Assembly (NCBI GenBank): GCA_965287045.1
Contig: OZ336878.1
Location: 38,936,001-39,000,000 of the forward strand
Reading direction: 5' to 3'
Length of the DNA stretch: 64,000 bases
DNA from: Carcharhinus amblyrhynchos
Taxonomy: Eukaryota
A program made the translations under genes and the position numbers. The notes beneath the pieces are model-generated. The model searched no databases. It was not told where the DNA came from and saw nothing but the letters and a program-made list of their open reading frames with translations. Positions 23,801-36,300 of this stretch are shown here, piece by piece (position 1 is the first letter of the stretch; each line of letters starts with the position of its first letter).

Positions 23801-25044
23801 TGGTCACGATTCTCCCATCGTGACCTGCAACATTTCTGTTGGGTCAAGGTGGGAGATGAGTGTCGCTGGCCTTGTACTGGGATTTACGCATGCGCCGGGA
23901 ACACGTGTGCATCTCCCAGAGCCAGTGAACGGTTGCCGGTCAGACCATGCTGGAAACCAGCGGGAAGGTAGGTAAATAATTTGAATCATTCTAAAATTTA
24001 TTTTAAATATGTTTTAAATGTGATTATTGGAAACTTACAGGTCCCAACTGAATCTCCCACACTGATGTTCCGGCAGGGTTTAGACTAGCTCCTCACGTTC
24101 GGGGAATAGCAGGAGAACACCGCTGGAATAAAGGGGAGCAATCAGGGCCCTCCAGGGGCTCGGGCAGCAGGGGGTGGTGCTCCTTGGGCATGGGCACCCT
24201 GGTAGTACCAGCCTGTGCTCCCTGGTACTGCTCAAAAGGCTGGCAAGGGGTGTTCCTTGGCACTGTCCATCATGCATTGGATAGTGCCAAGTGCCTAATG
24301 TGGGCGGGCCTGTTGGGGGGGTGGGGTGGTATCCCGCTGCCTCTCTGCAGACAGGATCGGTCTGGGTTGGGGAGGCAGCAATTGGGGCAGGCTGGGGGGT
24401 GGGGGTTGGTCAGCTGGGGGGGAGTCTGACCCCAGGGGAATGGGGTGTCAGCAGGGGTGATCTGCCGGGTGAGGGGGTGGGAGATTGCCACTGCTGGGGA
24501 AGTGGTGGGCTGTGCATCGGAGTGCTCCGGGTGGGGTGGCGGCGGTGGGGCGGTTGGGGGGGACAGGGCAGTTGGGGCGGGGGAAGCGTGGGGGTGGGGG
24601 GCGGTGGGGGGCGGGGGGTGGGGGGGACAGTGGTGGGGGGCGGTAGGGGGTGGTGGGGGGCGGGGGGTGGGGGGGACGGTGGTGGTGGGGGGCGGGCGGT
24701 GGGGTGGGGAAGCAATAGGACTGGCCTGGGAATTGTTGAGGAGGGGGTGCAATTGGACCTGTGGGGGGAGGACTGGAGGAGCAGCACTGCAGGGGGCCCG
24801 GGCTGGCCTGCAATCGGGGAGACTGACAGATTGGGGCCACTGTGCCTGCGCAGAGTTCCAGAACTGCCAGACTCCAGTGTGAATAGGCCCTGCCCCCCCC
24901 CACTTCGGTTTTTAATGAGATTCACAACTGGGACCTCTCCAGCGCACAGAGTGCTGAGATTTGGGTGAAAAGCTGAACTGAGAAAACAGTTGGGATCTAG
25001 AACAGTTTTCTGCCAATTCAGTGCTTTTGAGAGAATTGTGGCCC
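23801..25044. mobile_element. GC-rich TIR element (PIF/Harbinger-like non-autonomous)
   Basis: Ends tggtcacgattctccc / gagagaattgtggccc are inverted at 12/16 positions; GC/CpG-rich interior contrasts with the flanks. Confidence 0.55.
24380..24780 (+). repeat. G-rich low-complexity tract (G-quadruplex potential)
   Basis: Dense GGG to G7 runs separated by 1-7 nt. Confidence 0.9.
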
Positions 25045-25321
25045 TTGCTTCTGACCTTGATCAGACAAAAAATCCATACTTGCCCTTCTCTGATTTTTCT
25101 GAGTGATCTTTCAGTAAAGAATACTTCACTTCTGAACCAGTGCAGCAAACCTCGCAGGGAATTCACATGGAAGCCATGGCCCCTTTTTACAGCACTAGCT
25201 GCCACATTCTGGTAACTAAAGAGTTTGAATGTCCCAGACTTGTGTTATGATTAACACAGAAGATTAGTTTATTTCACATTCAAAAACCCAGAGTAGGAGC
25301 CTCCACAACATCCCACTCCAA

Positions 25322-25349
25322 TACACACACACACACACACATACACACA
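25322..25349 (+). repeat. (CA)n microsatellite
   Basis: tacacacacacacacacacatacacaca. Confidence 0.95.
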
Positions 25350-26169
25350 GAAAAAAAGAGTTTACATTACAAAATCCATAAAAATAAATATTAGTTCACA
25401 TAATTTCCTGAGTCCAAGTTAGAATCTAATGGAGAATTACTTCACATAGGTATTTCAGTTCAGCTGGCTGAAGATGGAGTTGTAGTATTTGCTTGTCAGT
25501 TCATGCTGAACACAAGATGAAGTAGGTGCAAAGAGACTGGGTCAGTACCGTAGGCGATGGTACGGAATATTCCACCAGAGACAGCTTTTGAGGTATGGAC
25601 TTTTGTTCCATCTGGAAGAATCTGCTTCTTGGTGGCTCACCAGTTGGATGTAAAAACTGCAGATTGAGGATTTCTCAGTTCTCAAAAGCATATAGAGGTT
25701 CCAAAATGGTCACTCAAGTCATGTGACTTTCTTTCCCCACATTGACTTCCAAAAGGGATGTTTACCAAGTGTCTGGAACTGACTTTGATTTTGGTACTAA
25801 TAATGTCCCAGTTGTTAATTGTTAAAAGAGTTACCCATACATACTGAGGGTCTGATATCAGAAAGCCATTGTCTAGGATGACCCACTGACTCCACTAGCA
25901 AGTTGCATTTATCAGATATGAAACATGTCCTATTTGTTCACTTTTGAAATGGGCCTAGACAGTTTCAGTTGTGATACGAGTCTGTTAGCAGCTCTGCAAG
26001 CATAATGAATTTTGATGTGCAATTCTCCTGCTTTTTGTGATTACAAAGGGTCTGAACAGTGAGATGTGAAATATTACCATTGAGAAAATAATTATTTTGT
26101 TCTTGTAACTCCTAGATAAAGGGGCAACTCTGTGTTCATGTGAGTTGTAGCAGCCATCTTTTTATCTTA

Positions 26170-26468
26170 AATGTTTATTTTGGTCGCGTCACAAGTTGGC
26201 TTACATTAACATTGCAATGAAGTTACTGTGAAAATCCCCTAGTCAACACACCCTGGCACCTGTTCGGGTACACTGAGGGAGAATTTAGCATGACCAATGG
26301 ACCTAACCAGCATATCTTTTGGAGTGTGGGAGGGAACTGGAGCACCTGGAAGAAACTCATGCAGATACAGGGACAATGTGCAGATCCAGACAGACTGTGA
26401 CCTAAGACAGGAATTGAACTGGGACCCCGGTACTGTAAGGCAGCATGCTAACCACTGTGCCACCATGC
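26170..26468 (-). mobile_element. tRNA-derived V-SINE (HE1-like)
   Basis: Reverse complement of the 13123-13407 family. Confidence 0.9.
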
Positions 26469-27959
26469 GATCCACTGAAAAAAAAGCATTAAGAATGAAG
26501 TTCTGGATTATGGTGGATAAGTGGGTAAGCTGGCAGTTGGATATGTGGGTGACATTGGTGGGTGGGTGAGGACGTAGATAGGATGATAGGTAGGTAGGTG
26601 AGTGAAATGGGTGGGATGCTAAGTGGGTGAGGTCAGGGGATGTTGGATGGCAGGGTTCACCAGTTTGTGTGTTGCCAATCTCCTTTTTATCTTAGAAAAC
26701 AACCTAAATATTCATATTTTCCAACAAAAGGCCAGTCTTCCTAAGCTCTCTTGCTAAGGCTTGACATTCAATCCCTTTTCTATTCATTTTGCCTCTTCCC
26801 CTTTTGTAAAGTCTACTGGGATATATTTTATATTAAAGGTGCCATGTAAATAAAAATTATCATTGTTTCATTGATGACTTCAGCTGCTGCCCATTCTGTG
26901 GTGAACAAATGATGGGAAAATAACATACTATTCATGGTAGTTGCATTGCAGGTATCAATCTGGTAAATGATCACTGTTCTTTCTCAAAAACTACTATTTC
27001 CTTCCATGAGTAGATGTTATAAATCATTTTAGTATATTACCCCCAGCCCCATGAACCTAATCTTTTGTGTATGGTATCTCATTGGATACCTTCTGAATAT
27101 ATACTACAACCAACTTACCTACCATGTTAGTTACACCCTTAGAAATTTGTCAAGGTCTAGGTTTTCCAGTCAATGGATAGCCTGAGATGAATGCATTCTA
27201 GAAGATGCACTATGGGGCTTCTTGCAAGTCCCACTGCAAGGTCTCTGTGGGAATTGCCTTGGAAGTTTGAACTTTCATTGGGAAATTCCTCTGTTGCCTA
27301 CAAAAAGATCTCCATCTCTGAGTTAGAGAGACTTTGGATAGTTCTGACCTACTTACCTGAATAGTTACCCAGGCAAAGTTAACACAAAACAACCTAGGTT
27401 TATTCCTAGGTAATAATACACTAACCCCGAATCACTCACACTAACCCCCGACTTTTCCCTTGACCCTGAGTACAAGGTTGAGGGAGAGAGTTTCAGGAAG
27501 TAGGGCTGAGATGATCAAAGGATCTGCATCCAAATGTAGGGAGAAGGGTAGGGAGAAGATGCACAAATGGCCCCAGTCATGGGGCTTGGCCTTAGATTGT
27601 GACCAGTATTTAACATCGAAGTTTATATAAGAAAAAAAGAGATTCAAGTCCTAAAATAAAGGTAAAGGTGGAAAATTTATTGGAGTCTTTTCAGATCCAC
27701 TGGTTTTACTTTACCAGAAATGAATTTGTGTCATACTTCTAACAAAATAAGACAGCAAACAAGGAGCAACACCAGGGAATTTCCTGACCCATGTGTGCAC
27801 CAGACCTGTACCTGCAACATCTGCTTACTAATTGCTCTCAACACAAATATTAACTTTAAAATATACATGTGAATAGATACTACTTTTAAGAAATATTTCA
27901 GACTTAAATGAATAATCTAGGCTGACAATTCAGTCTAACAGTCAGAAAATACCATAATG

Positions 27960-28190
27960 TCATAGCAATGTCCTTGGAATGAAACAGGAAACTGTGGTCC
28001 AATTTGCCAGTATCAAGGGATGTCAGAGATCTCAAGGAGTATTTAGAGAGATGTGGGAAGTTATCCTACCCCCTGGCAAACATTCCTCCCTTCATCAATA
28101 ATGCCAAAAAATCTGCAATTCATCTCACTGTGAGATGTTGCTACATGCAAAGATGCCTGTCACATTTGTCTGCCTAATAAATCATTACTG
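27960..28190 (+). mobile_element. Decayed DeuSINE-like copy
   Basis: ...ggatgtcagagatctcaagg...cctggcaaacattcctccctt...catctcactgtgagatgttgctacatgcaaa resembles the Deu domain. Confidence 0.5.
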
Positions 28191-28321
28191 TTCAGGGGAA
28201 TTCACTAAAGGGAATTCACTAAAGGGACTTAGAGATATGATACAATGTTAAGTATTTCCATATTTCTTTAAGTGTATTTATAATGAACAAAATACGCAGG
28301 CAGCTAACAATGTAAAAATAC

Positions 28322-28448
28322 AAAATCTGAAGAATGCGGATACTGGAATCTGAAATAAAAATACTGGAAATACTCAGCAAATCTGATAGCATCTGAAGAG
28401 AAAGGAACAGAGTTAACATTTTCAAGTTGATAACTTTTAATCAGAACT
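28322..28448 (-). mobile_element. Penelope-like element terminal repeat with decayed hammerhead motif
   Basis: Minus strand reads gttCTGATTA-a-AAGTT-atc-AACTT-GAAAAtGTTAACtc...cagatgct...tgctgagtatttccag; a related fragment lies at ~3056-3095. Confidence 0.6.
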
Positions 28449-28939
28449 TGGAATTTTCTGGTTTTATGACTGAAAAATACAATTAGCCAATGCTTAGCTT
28501 TGTAGTAGTAGAAATTGACATCGTATGGAATGACCAATTTTGAAGCTAATACAGTTTTGAAACAAAATAAATGACCTTACTGGATTTATGTCAGAGGGAA
28601 TATATCAGATAAAGGCCTAGAATCCATAGCTGGAGTCTAAAGTTGAAACTTTTGAAACAAAAAAAGTATTTGAGAAGTTATAAAAAGTGCATTCTGTTTC
28701 GATACTTGGGATTTCAATTCTGTATTTAATTGTTCATCTGAGATGCACTTCTGAACTGTAGGTTTTCAGTATTTTCCTACTTAAGCATTGAATTTGGAAT
28801 TTGCCTTTTGTAGGGAAGTAAATCATTGCCAGAAGACTATCAATGCTTTAATTCGCGGCATTATCAGAATCTAGGCATTGGTGACTAAGTCTGCAATTTT
28901 TAGGGAAATATAGCCAAGACTGCTTTGATACCAACATAT

Positions 28940-29765
28940 GCACTACAATCCCAGATAACCATATCTGCAATGTCTGCAGCTCAGGAAACTTGGGCTCAGA
29001 GTTGCTGAGCTGGCGACTGTGTCACAGACATTACAGGACACCAGGGAAGGGAAAAGTTACTTGGAGTTCCAGGAGGCAGTCACTCCCCTTAGTTTAGGCA
29101 AACCTTTAGAGTTGGCCAATGATCAGTGATGGAAGAGTATCACTGCAAGACAGGCAGGTAAGGGGAACCAGCATGTAGTGATGGAGAAGCCACAGCCCCT
29201 GACTTTGTCCAGCAAGTATGAAGTGCTTGCTACCTATGTGAATGAGGAAATGGACTACAAGGTGGAAGAGCAGACTGACCATGGTACCATGGTGTAGAAT
29301 GGCATTCAAGGAACGAACGGGGATATGATAGGAGACAGTGTAGTCAGGGGGATAGATTTTTTTCTGCAGTTGAGAGAGTGAATCAAGGTGACTGTGTCAC
29401 TTGTTTGGTGCCAGATATTTACTCCAGATTTGAGAGACACTTGCAGTGGAAGATTCAGTGGTCATGGAACATGTAGGTACCAGTAACACTGATAGGACTA
29501 GAAAAAAGCTATAACATTCTAACAGGATTAGGCAGAGGAGATGCAAGAAGGATGTTCCCAATGGTGGGGGAATCCAGAACCAGGGGTCATAGACTGACGA
29601 TACAGGGTAGACTGTTTAGGATAGAGATAAGGGGAATTATTTTCACCCAGAGAGTGGTGAGCCTGTGGAATTCATAGAAGGCAGTTGAGGTCAAAACATT
29701 GCATTTTTTCAAGAAGGAGTTAGATATAGCTCCTGGGGCTAAAGGGATAAAAGGATTCACTGTAG
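28940..29765 (+). mobile_element. CR1-type LINE remnants (ORF1-like part joined to a 3' part)
   Basis: ORF1-like remnants (ataggagacagtgtagtcagggggatagat; catgtaggtacca) followed by tccagaaccaggggtcatag...cagagagtggtgagcctgtggaattc. Confidence 0.65.
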
Positions 29766-29784
29766 GGGAGGATTGAAAGAGAGA

Positions 29785-30312
29785 GTCATAGAGGTTTACA
29801 GCATGGAAACAAGCCCTTCAGCCCAACTTGTCCATGCTGCCCTTTTTAACCCCTAAGCTAGTCCCAATTGCCTGTGTTTGATCCATATCCCTCTATACCC
29901 ATCTTACCCATGTAACTGTCTAAACACTTTTTAAAAGACAAAATTGTACCTGCATCTACTACTACCTTTGTTCCAGACACTCACTACTTGGAAAAAATGG
30001 CCCCTCTGCACCCTTTTGTCTCCCCCTCTCATCTTAAACCTATCTGCTCTAATTTTAGACTCCCACCTTTGGAAAAAGATATTGACTATCTTGCTGATAC
30101 GTGCCCCTCAATATTTCATAGACCTCTATAAGATCATCCTTAAGACTCCTATGCTTCAGAGAAAAAAGTCCCAGTCTATCCAGCTTCTCCTTATAACTCA
30201 AACTATCAAGTCCCAGTAACATCCTAGTAAATCTTTTCTGCATTCTTTCTAGTTTAATAATATCCTTTCTCTAACAGGGTGATCAGAGCTGTACACAGTA
30301 TTCCAATTGTGC
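29785..30312 (-). mobile_element. CR1/HER1 LINE 3' fragment
   Basis: ORF 30055..30243: MQKRFTRMLLGLDSLSYKEKLDRLGLFSL...DLIEVYEILRG. Confidence 0.9.
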
Positions 30313-33300
30313 TGGGATCCACTTGATCCAGCTCATCCACAAAGCACCTTCTGGTAGCAGTGACTGCGCCTGTGCAAATCTTATCTGAAACAGCCAATCA
30401 GCGTCGCTGCTCTGCTGCCCTCACCTGCACACTTGCCTTCACAGGAAGACAGTGGGTGTCTTCCAGAGATCAATCTTCTGGCAGCAGGGACTGTGCCAAT
30501 GCAAATCTGACTGGCTGTATTATTCTGATGAGTAAAGTTCAAATGTCAAAAAGTTTCTTCGAAAGGCTATTGAGAGAAGTTAAATGGATAAGGGAGTAAG
30601 ATGGGTGAGGCAACTGGGTAAGGTGGCAGCGGGGTAGGGTGGTGGCATCTCGTTAGGGGCTAGTCAAGTCCGGTCGAGGAGCCGGTTGATAGGGGCTGGC
30701 CAGGTTGGGTCGGGAGAAATCAGGAGGTCGAGGGGCGGTCCGGCATATCTGTTGTATAGTTACCAAGAGGCATTTTATATCCTGCGTAACTATTTAGGCA
30801 AGTCTCAACTCTAACTCTGAGTTGAAATTTTTTTCGGAGGGGCCACTGGAGCAGGGGAATTACCGATCGGAAGTTCAAAATTCCTGGGCAATTTCCAGTC
30901 AGCGTGCTGGGATTGCAGAAGGGTCAGATAGTTCATTCTGAAACCTTCCAGAAGCCGGAAGATTTGTGCCTCGAGGCGAAATCTTGCTCAGCAATGTACC
31001 TTGCCGGGAGTAATTTGACAGTTTAAAGATGTAATATTATTAATATCATTGTTTCTTCATTAAGATTTGATATCTTCAACAAAATCGTGTCAACATCAGC
31101 AAGAAATATTTACCACAAATTCCCTCTGCTTGAGCTAAGCTTCATCTTCCTTCCAGGTGACAACACCGATTGCTGCAGTTTCCACTTCAACTGAAATACC
31201 TTTGCTTTCTCCCGCAAATTTCTGTAGGAGATTTAATAATGAATGAATAGTTTAAATGTCAAGTTTTGTAACCTGTAGTGTGCATTCCAGCCATAAATTC
31301 GGTCCTTGTAAATGCGAGCGATTTGCATTTAACTAAACGTAATTTATAGACCATTTTCAATAATAGATAATCTAAAAACAATCCTGAAGTATGTTCCTAG
31401 CGCATAATCAAACAGAACTATAGTCTTAGGAAGTCCAGTTAGCAAAGGAAATACATCTATGTGAAAAAAACATTTTATTTTCATTACTAACTGAGGTAAG
31501 TAAGTTCGTGTCTCTAATTGCTTGAGTTTTGAGAAGTCGGACATTATTCTACAACCACTCGATCGGCAGATTGAGTCTGAAGTGTTGCACACGCCAGGGA
31601 TCCGCTTGTCCAGTTGCTGTTCACACTCCCAGCCTCTGCTGCTACACACCTGGCCATGACTTGCACATATTTCTGGGTGATCAACTTAATTCCATTCATT
31701 TCATCACCTCAATAGCACAGTGCGCTTATGTCCCTTTGTACAGCGGAAACAAAGTGATTCCGCGCACCATCTATTAAAAAAATGCTCTCCATCGCAAATC
31801 TGATGCTGACATTTATGAGGAAAAAATACTTAGTTCATCTTGAAGCTTTGATGTAGGTAGCATTTTGCGGTTAAGTGTGAATATCGATTATTTTCCTGAA
31901 GTGCCTATATTGCGGAATTTGGGAAGTGTCTCCAAAAGTGAAATTTTTAGAGGGAAACGGAACACGATAATCAAGTTGGGTGAACAGTTGGGTGGGCCGC
32001 TTCCAATCAATTTAGGAGCCCAGTTGTGAAGGTGTTCTTGTTTGTCAGGGGATATTTTAAAAATATATAATTATACTTGTGCAATTTAAATTCCAAAGTA
32101 CTTTTAATTGAGTTGTACATGGGGGAATGACACCTCCTTTGCGAGGTACCGTCCCCTCTTTCCGAAATTAGAAAGGTGACACTTTCTCTATTTGTATGAC
32201 CCTTTTATACGGACCTGGAAGCTTTGCTGGGGGACACAAGTGTTGAAATAAGGGCCAGCTGAGTCGTTGGGGCGCAGCGGAAATCAGAGCATGATTATTG
32301 TTCATTGGTGACATCCTCTAAACTGCACTGTGCTCACTAGTGAAACTCCTGCCGCAAAAATTTAAGACGACCTGACCTCGGCATATTGGTGTATGCTGGA
32401 AAGTTGGCCTCCTCGCCTCGTGGAATGGAAATGTGGCATAACGTTCCAGTCCATGTCCATGGGAAGAACAATTATAGAAATCTCTAATTTTAAAGAATCA
32501 CACAGTGAAAAGTGTGAACGGTTGAATACTTCCAGTCTGGTCGTCAGCCCTGCAGCAAACGATTACCGGCGCTTGGAATTGAGTTGCATAACTACGTGTT
32601 GTGCATTGCTCTCTGCTATGTGTACACATTCTCTATGCAGTTTTAATCAAAAGGTCGATAGATCGAAGCCTATAGTTCATTGTCGGCTTTACACAGGCAC
32701 CATTTTTGCTCATCAAAATCCGCGAAGTTGCTCAGAGACAGCCCCTGCCATCTGTACACATGTCGTTACTAAAGTCTGAAAGTTTTTTTTTCGCTTTGAT
32801 GCCTGTCAGTCTTTTAGCACCTTAAAGATCCCAGGCTGGAATTTGGAATGGCTTTGTGAGCCGCACTCATTTCCAAATGAATAAACGCAAGCAACAGATT
32901 TGACAAAAATAGTCATCGCGTGGTTTTAACGAGTCGCTCCGGGCTATTTCTGGCCTGTTGCAATGTCTTTCTGGTTTAACAAAACAATTATGGCATTTCT
33001 TTCATTCGCACGCATGTGTTTTTAAAACCAATAATTATACGTTGAAGACATTTAGACCGCTGGCAGAAGTTGTCTTTTGGAGATGGACGATTAATGGGAA
33101 TTCTTAAACAGGCACATCCAGTTACCAGGCCCGGCGTGTTCCCAAATTTCATGGCCAGCATTTACTTGATGTAATCATTCTTGATAGTTGAGGTTTAATA
33201 AACAATTCGCTGGGAAGGGGCAATCATTTACCACGTTGCAGTTAAATAATGAACATTTCGGGTATTAGATATATAAAAAAAAACATAATTTAACAGGAGT

Positions 33301-36300
33301 GTCTCACACAAGTAATGACAACTTAACTCTAGAATATTATTTAATGGGTTATCTCTCCGCAACTGAGTTGCTGCACCGTAGCTAGTTCCGTGTTAAACTC
33401 AGATTTGCCGAGAGTAATATCACACTCCAGTGGTGACTAATGGGGTTGTTCAGCGAGGCGACTATAAATTTGTCTTATTAATTTAACATTTCAGATCCAA
33501 TAACTTCGCAATACAAGTGCTTACGGCCTTCTAGTTAGTCATCAAATATGGTGGCGTAACGGTCAAACTAGTTACTGAGGCCGGAAAGTACCATCCATCT
33601 ATCTACTTTCCATATTTAATTACTTGGCTTTGTTCGTCACACATCTTTCTGTTCGAAGATATCGAATCTCAATCTGATCCATCATATCATGTAGTCCCCA
33701 GTTATTGTTCATGTTGTAAAAATTGAATCTATAAATTACATTGACAGCATAACCTATCAAAACTATAGGACAACGCCCAGCAGAAAAAATATGGATGAAT
33801 TTTAAATTTTGTGATAAACAATGTTCTACAAGGCTGATGTGTTAAGTTGATTAAATAAGTCTCTAGGTAAAGGGGCATTGCTGAAACGGCGTTACAGCTC
33901 GCTTGCTCTTTAGGATTCCAGGGTTTGTTTGTGTATGTTTTACATTTTTTGAATTACATATGTTCAAAAATATGTATCTTCATAAATATATTAATAATGG
34001 TCATATAAGAGAACGATGATATATGGGAAATGCTCCCAGTCGATTAAGCTACACAATTTTTATAATTAAGGTATTAAAATGGATAAAGTTGATAGTAAAA
34101 GATCTAAAAGCAGAATCTACGCAGGTTGGCAGAAATAATGTCACGATTCGTCATTTCGTATAGAAACAAGGAATGTAATTTTCCAAAGCTCTTCGGGTAA
34201 AGGTATATTTTTATTTAAATGAATTGTCAGTATTCTTTTATTGAAATGTGTTTATAAAACACAAGCCCAGCAGTGTTCAGTTGTAATGTATAAAATAGTT
34301 TCGCTGTTCTGCAATCTGGTTAAATCTGGTCGTTTATTTCATTTCATTTTCAACACAGGAAACCTTTCAGACTTCACGAGATTAATTTAGAGCCAGCTGT
34401 ATAGCTCAACTTATTTTTTAAAAAAAGTAGTTTAGAATTTAGCATCCCCATGTTGAATGGAAACCGTAGATCGTTTTTCATCAGTGAGATCCATAAGTGT
34501 CTCGTTTAAAACGTAATGGAGTTAGACGTAATTTGATGTGAATGCCACAGTTTAAACAATGGCAATGTAATTCTGGCTTGCATGCTTTTCTTAAAGAAGA
34601 TTTATTTTGTAAAACCAAACTTGACTCTGACACACAAAATTCCAACGCTAGCTTGCTTATTTATTAAATACCAACCAAGGTTTCAATTGATATCGATACA
34701 ATAGAACAGGATAAAAACATTGAAGCCTCCCAGCCTTAACCACAACCGTTTTCATTGCATCTGCCTTTCTAACAGAGAGGGAAGTTTATATTTCTATTTG
34801 CTGCTATTTTTTCAACTGTTAATATTTAACAGTAAAATTGTACACTGTTTACCTTTGTTTGTGCCTCATCTAATTAATTACCAAGAAATTGATGGCATTT
34901 TAATTAAATACTGGACATGTCAACACGCTAGGGTATCGAGTCCTATTTTTTCATTTCAAATTAACAGTTACTGATCTCCCATCGGAAGCCAACGTCTTAA
35001 TGGAAAGAAAAGTTTATATTCATATTCATACACTAATATTGATATAATTAAATCTACACATAACAGGAAACACGCGGAGCAATTATGGTGGATATTGGTA
35101 TTTATAATCATATTTCTGCTTTGTATGTGATTAGAAATAAGGTACATACAATTAAATATTATGTACAATATTTTCCCTTCATGAATTTCAATGTTGAAAC
35201 AGCAAAAGCGTTTAGCTAGGTAAAGTATTATGGGAGGATGTGCAAAACACATTCGGTGCAAATCAAAGCTGGGCATCTAATTTTCTGCACTGATTTTGGT
35301 TTAAAGTTAAGCATCTTTGGACATTTCCGTATTTCAGAAAATAAGTCTCGGAGTAATATGATGTACATTTATGTTTTTTTTTCCATCGGCTGTAATCCTA
35401 GTTATTGAGAATTCTTTGAGTTAATAGTTACTTCGGTGTATATTATTTCGTGATCTTTACGTTGAACTCCAGATAATTAACTTCAAGTTTTGTTGTCTGG
35501 GATTGTCTTTACTATCACCCTTTGCATTCCTATTGGAGCTGTAAATCTGATAAGCTACTTGGCAACTACATCTACCCACCTCCTTTTAAAGAAAGAGCTA
35601 GCAGGGACGGTGATCGTCTAAGCTGCAAGGAACGGCTTCCTTGGAAGCTTTGGCGTGCGGACTAAGTAGCATAATTATTGCTTCATAATTGTACTCTTTT
35701 TCTTTAGCTTTTTATAACATTTAGAATCAGCCACGCTTGGAATCAGAATGGTTGTGACATTTAGGACTGGAGTGATTGTGTGGAACACTTCAAGTTTAAA
35801 AAACAAGTCTAATGCAACTCCGAAGGCTAAAGAATACTCCTTTCAGCGAACACATTGAGTTTTGATTTCGGACAATGGTGTTTCTCAAATTTCTTCCAAA
35901 ACCTGCACCCATCTGTGATCTAAATGCAATCTTTTTTCCTCTTCAATTCATTTGGCAAAGACGAAGCAGATGTATGTGACGGGGTTTGAATTTTAATTAC
36001 AGCGAATACCTGGTGCACAAGAAATGAAAATCGTTTTCATAGGGAAGGAAGAGAGGAAATAAGTATCATTAATATATAACTTTAATCAGCTATTAACATA
36101 TAACTTTGATCAGCTATTCTCATGAATTTTGAAGAGAATCACATTTGACTACTTTGGACAACCAGATTAAATATTCCTATGAATTATTATCTCATTAGGA
36201 TCATTTTCATTGCAGTAACCAGCACTATTTTTGCTTAACCCTAAAATAAACTTATTTTTAGTTGCATAAAAAGACACGTGCTATTGCTATTGGTGTAGGC

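Noticed and set aside
24270-24968. Five long overlapping Pro- or Gly-rich ORFs (145-225 aa)
   Set aside because: They arise from the stop-poor G-rich low-complexity tract and show no domain signature.
25230-26160. Possible solo LTR (with a similar gtcacatgac motif near 63480)
   Set aside because: No clear TG..CA termini, TSD or convincing alignment could be established by eye.
32393-32779. 128-aa ORF within the CpG-rich domain
   Set aside because: No recognisable domain or splice context, and the length is compatible with chance; it could lie within a lncRNA but that is unsupported.
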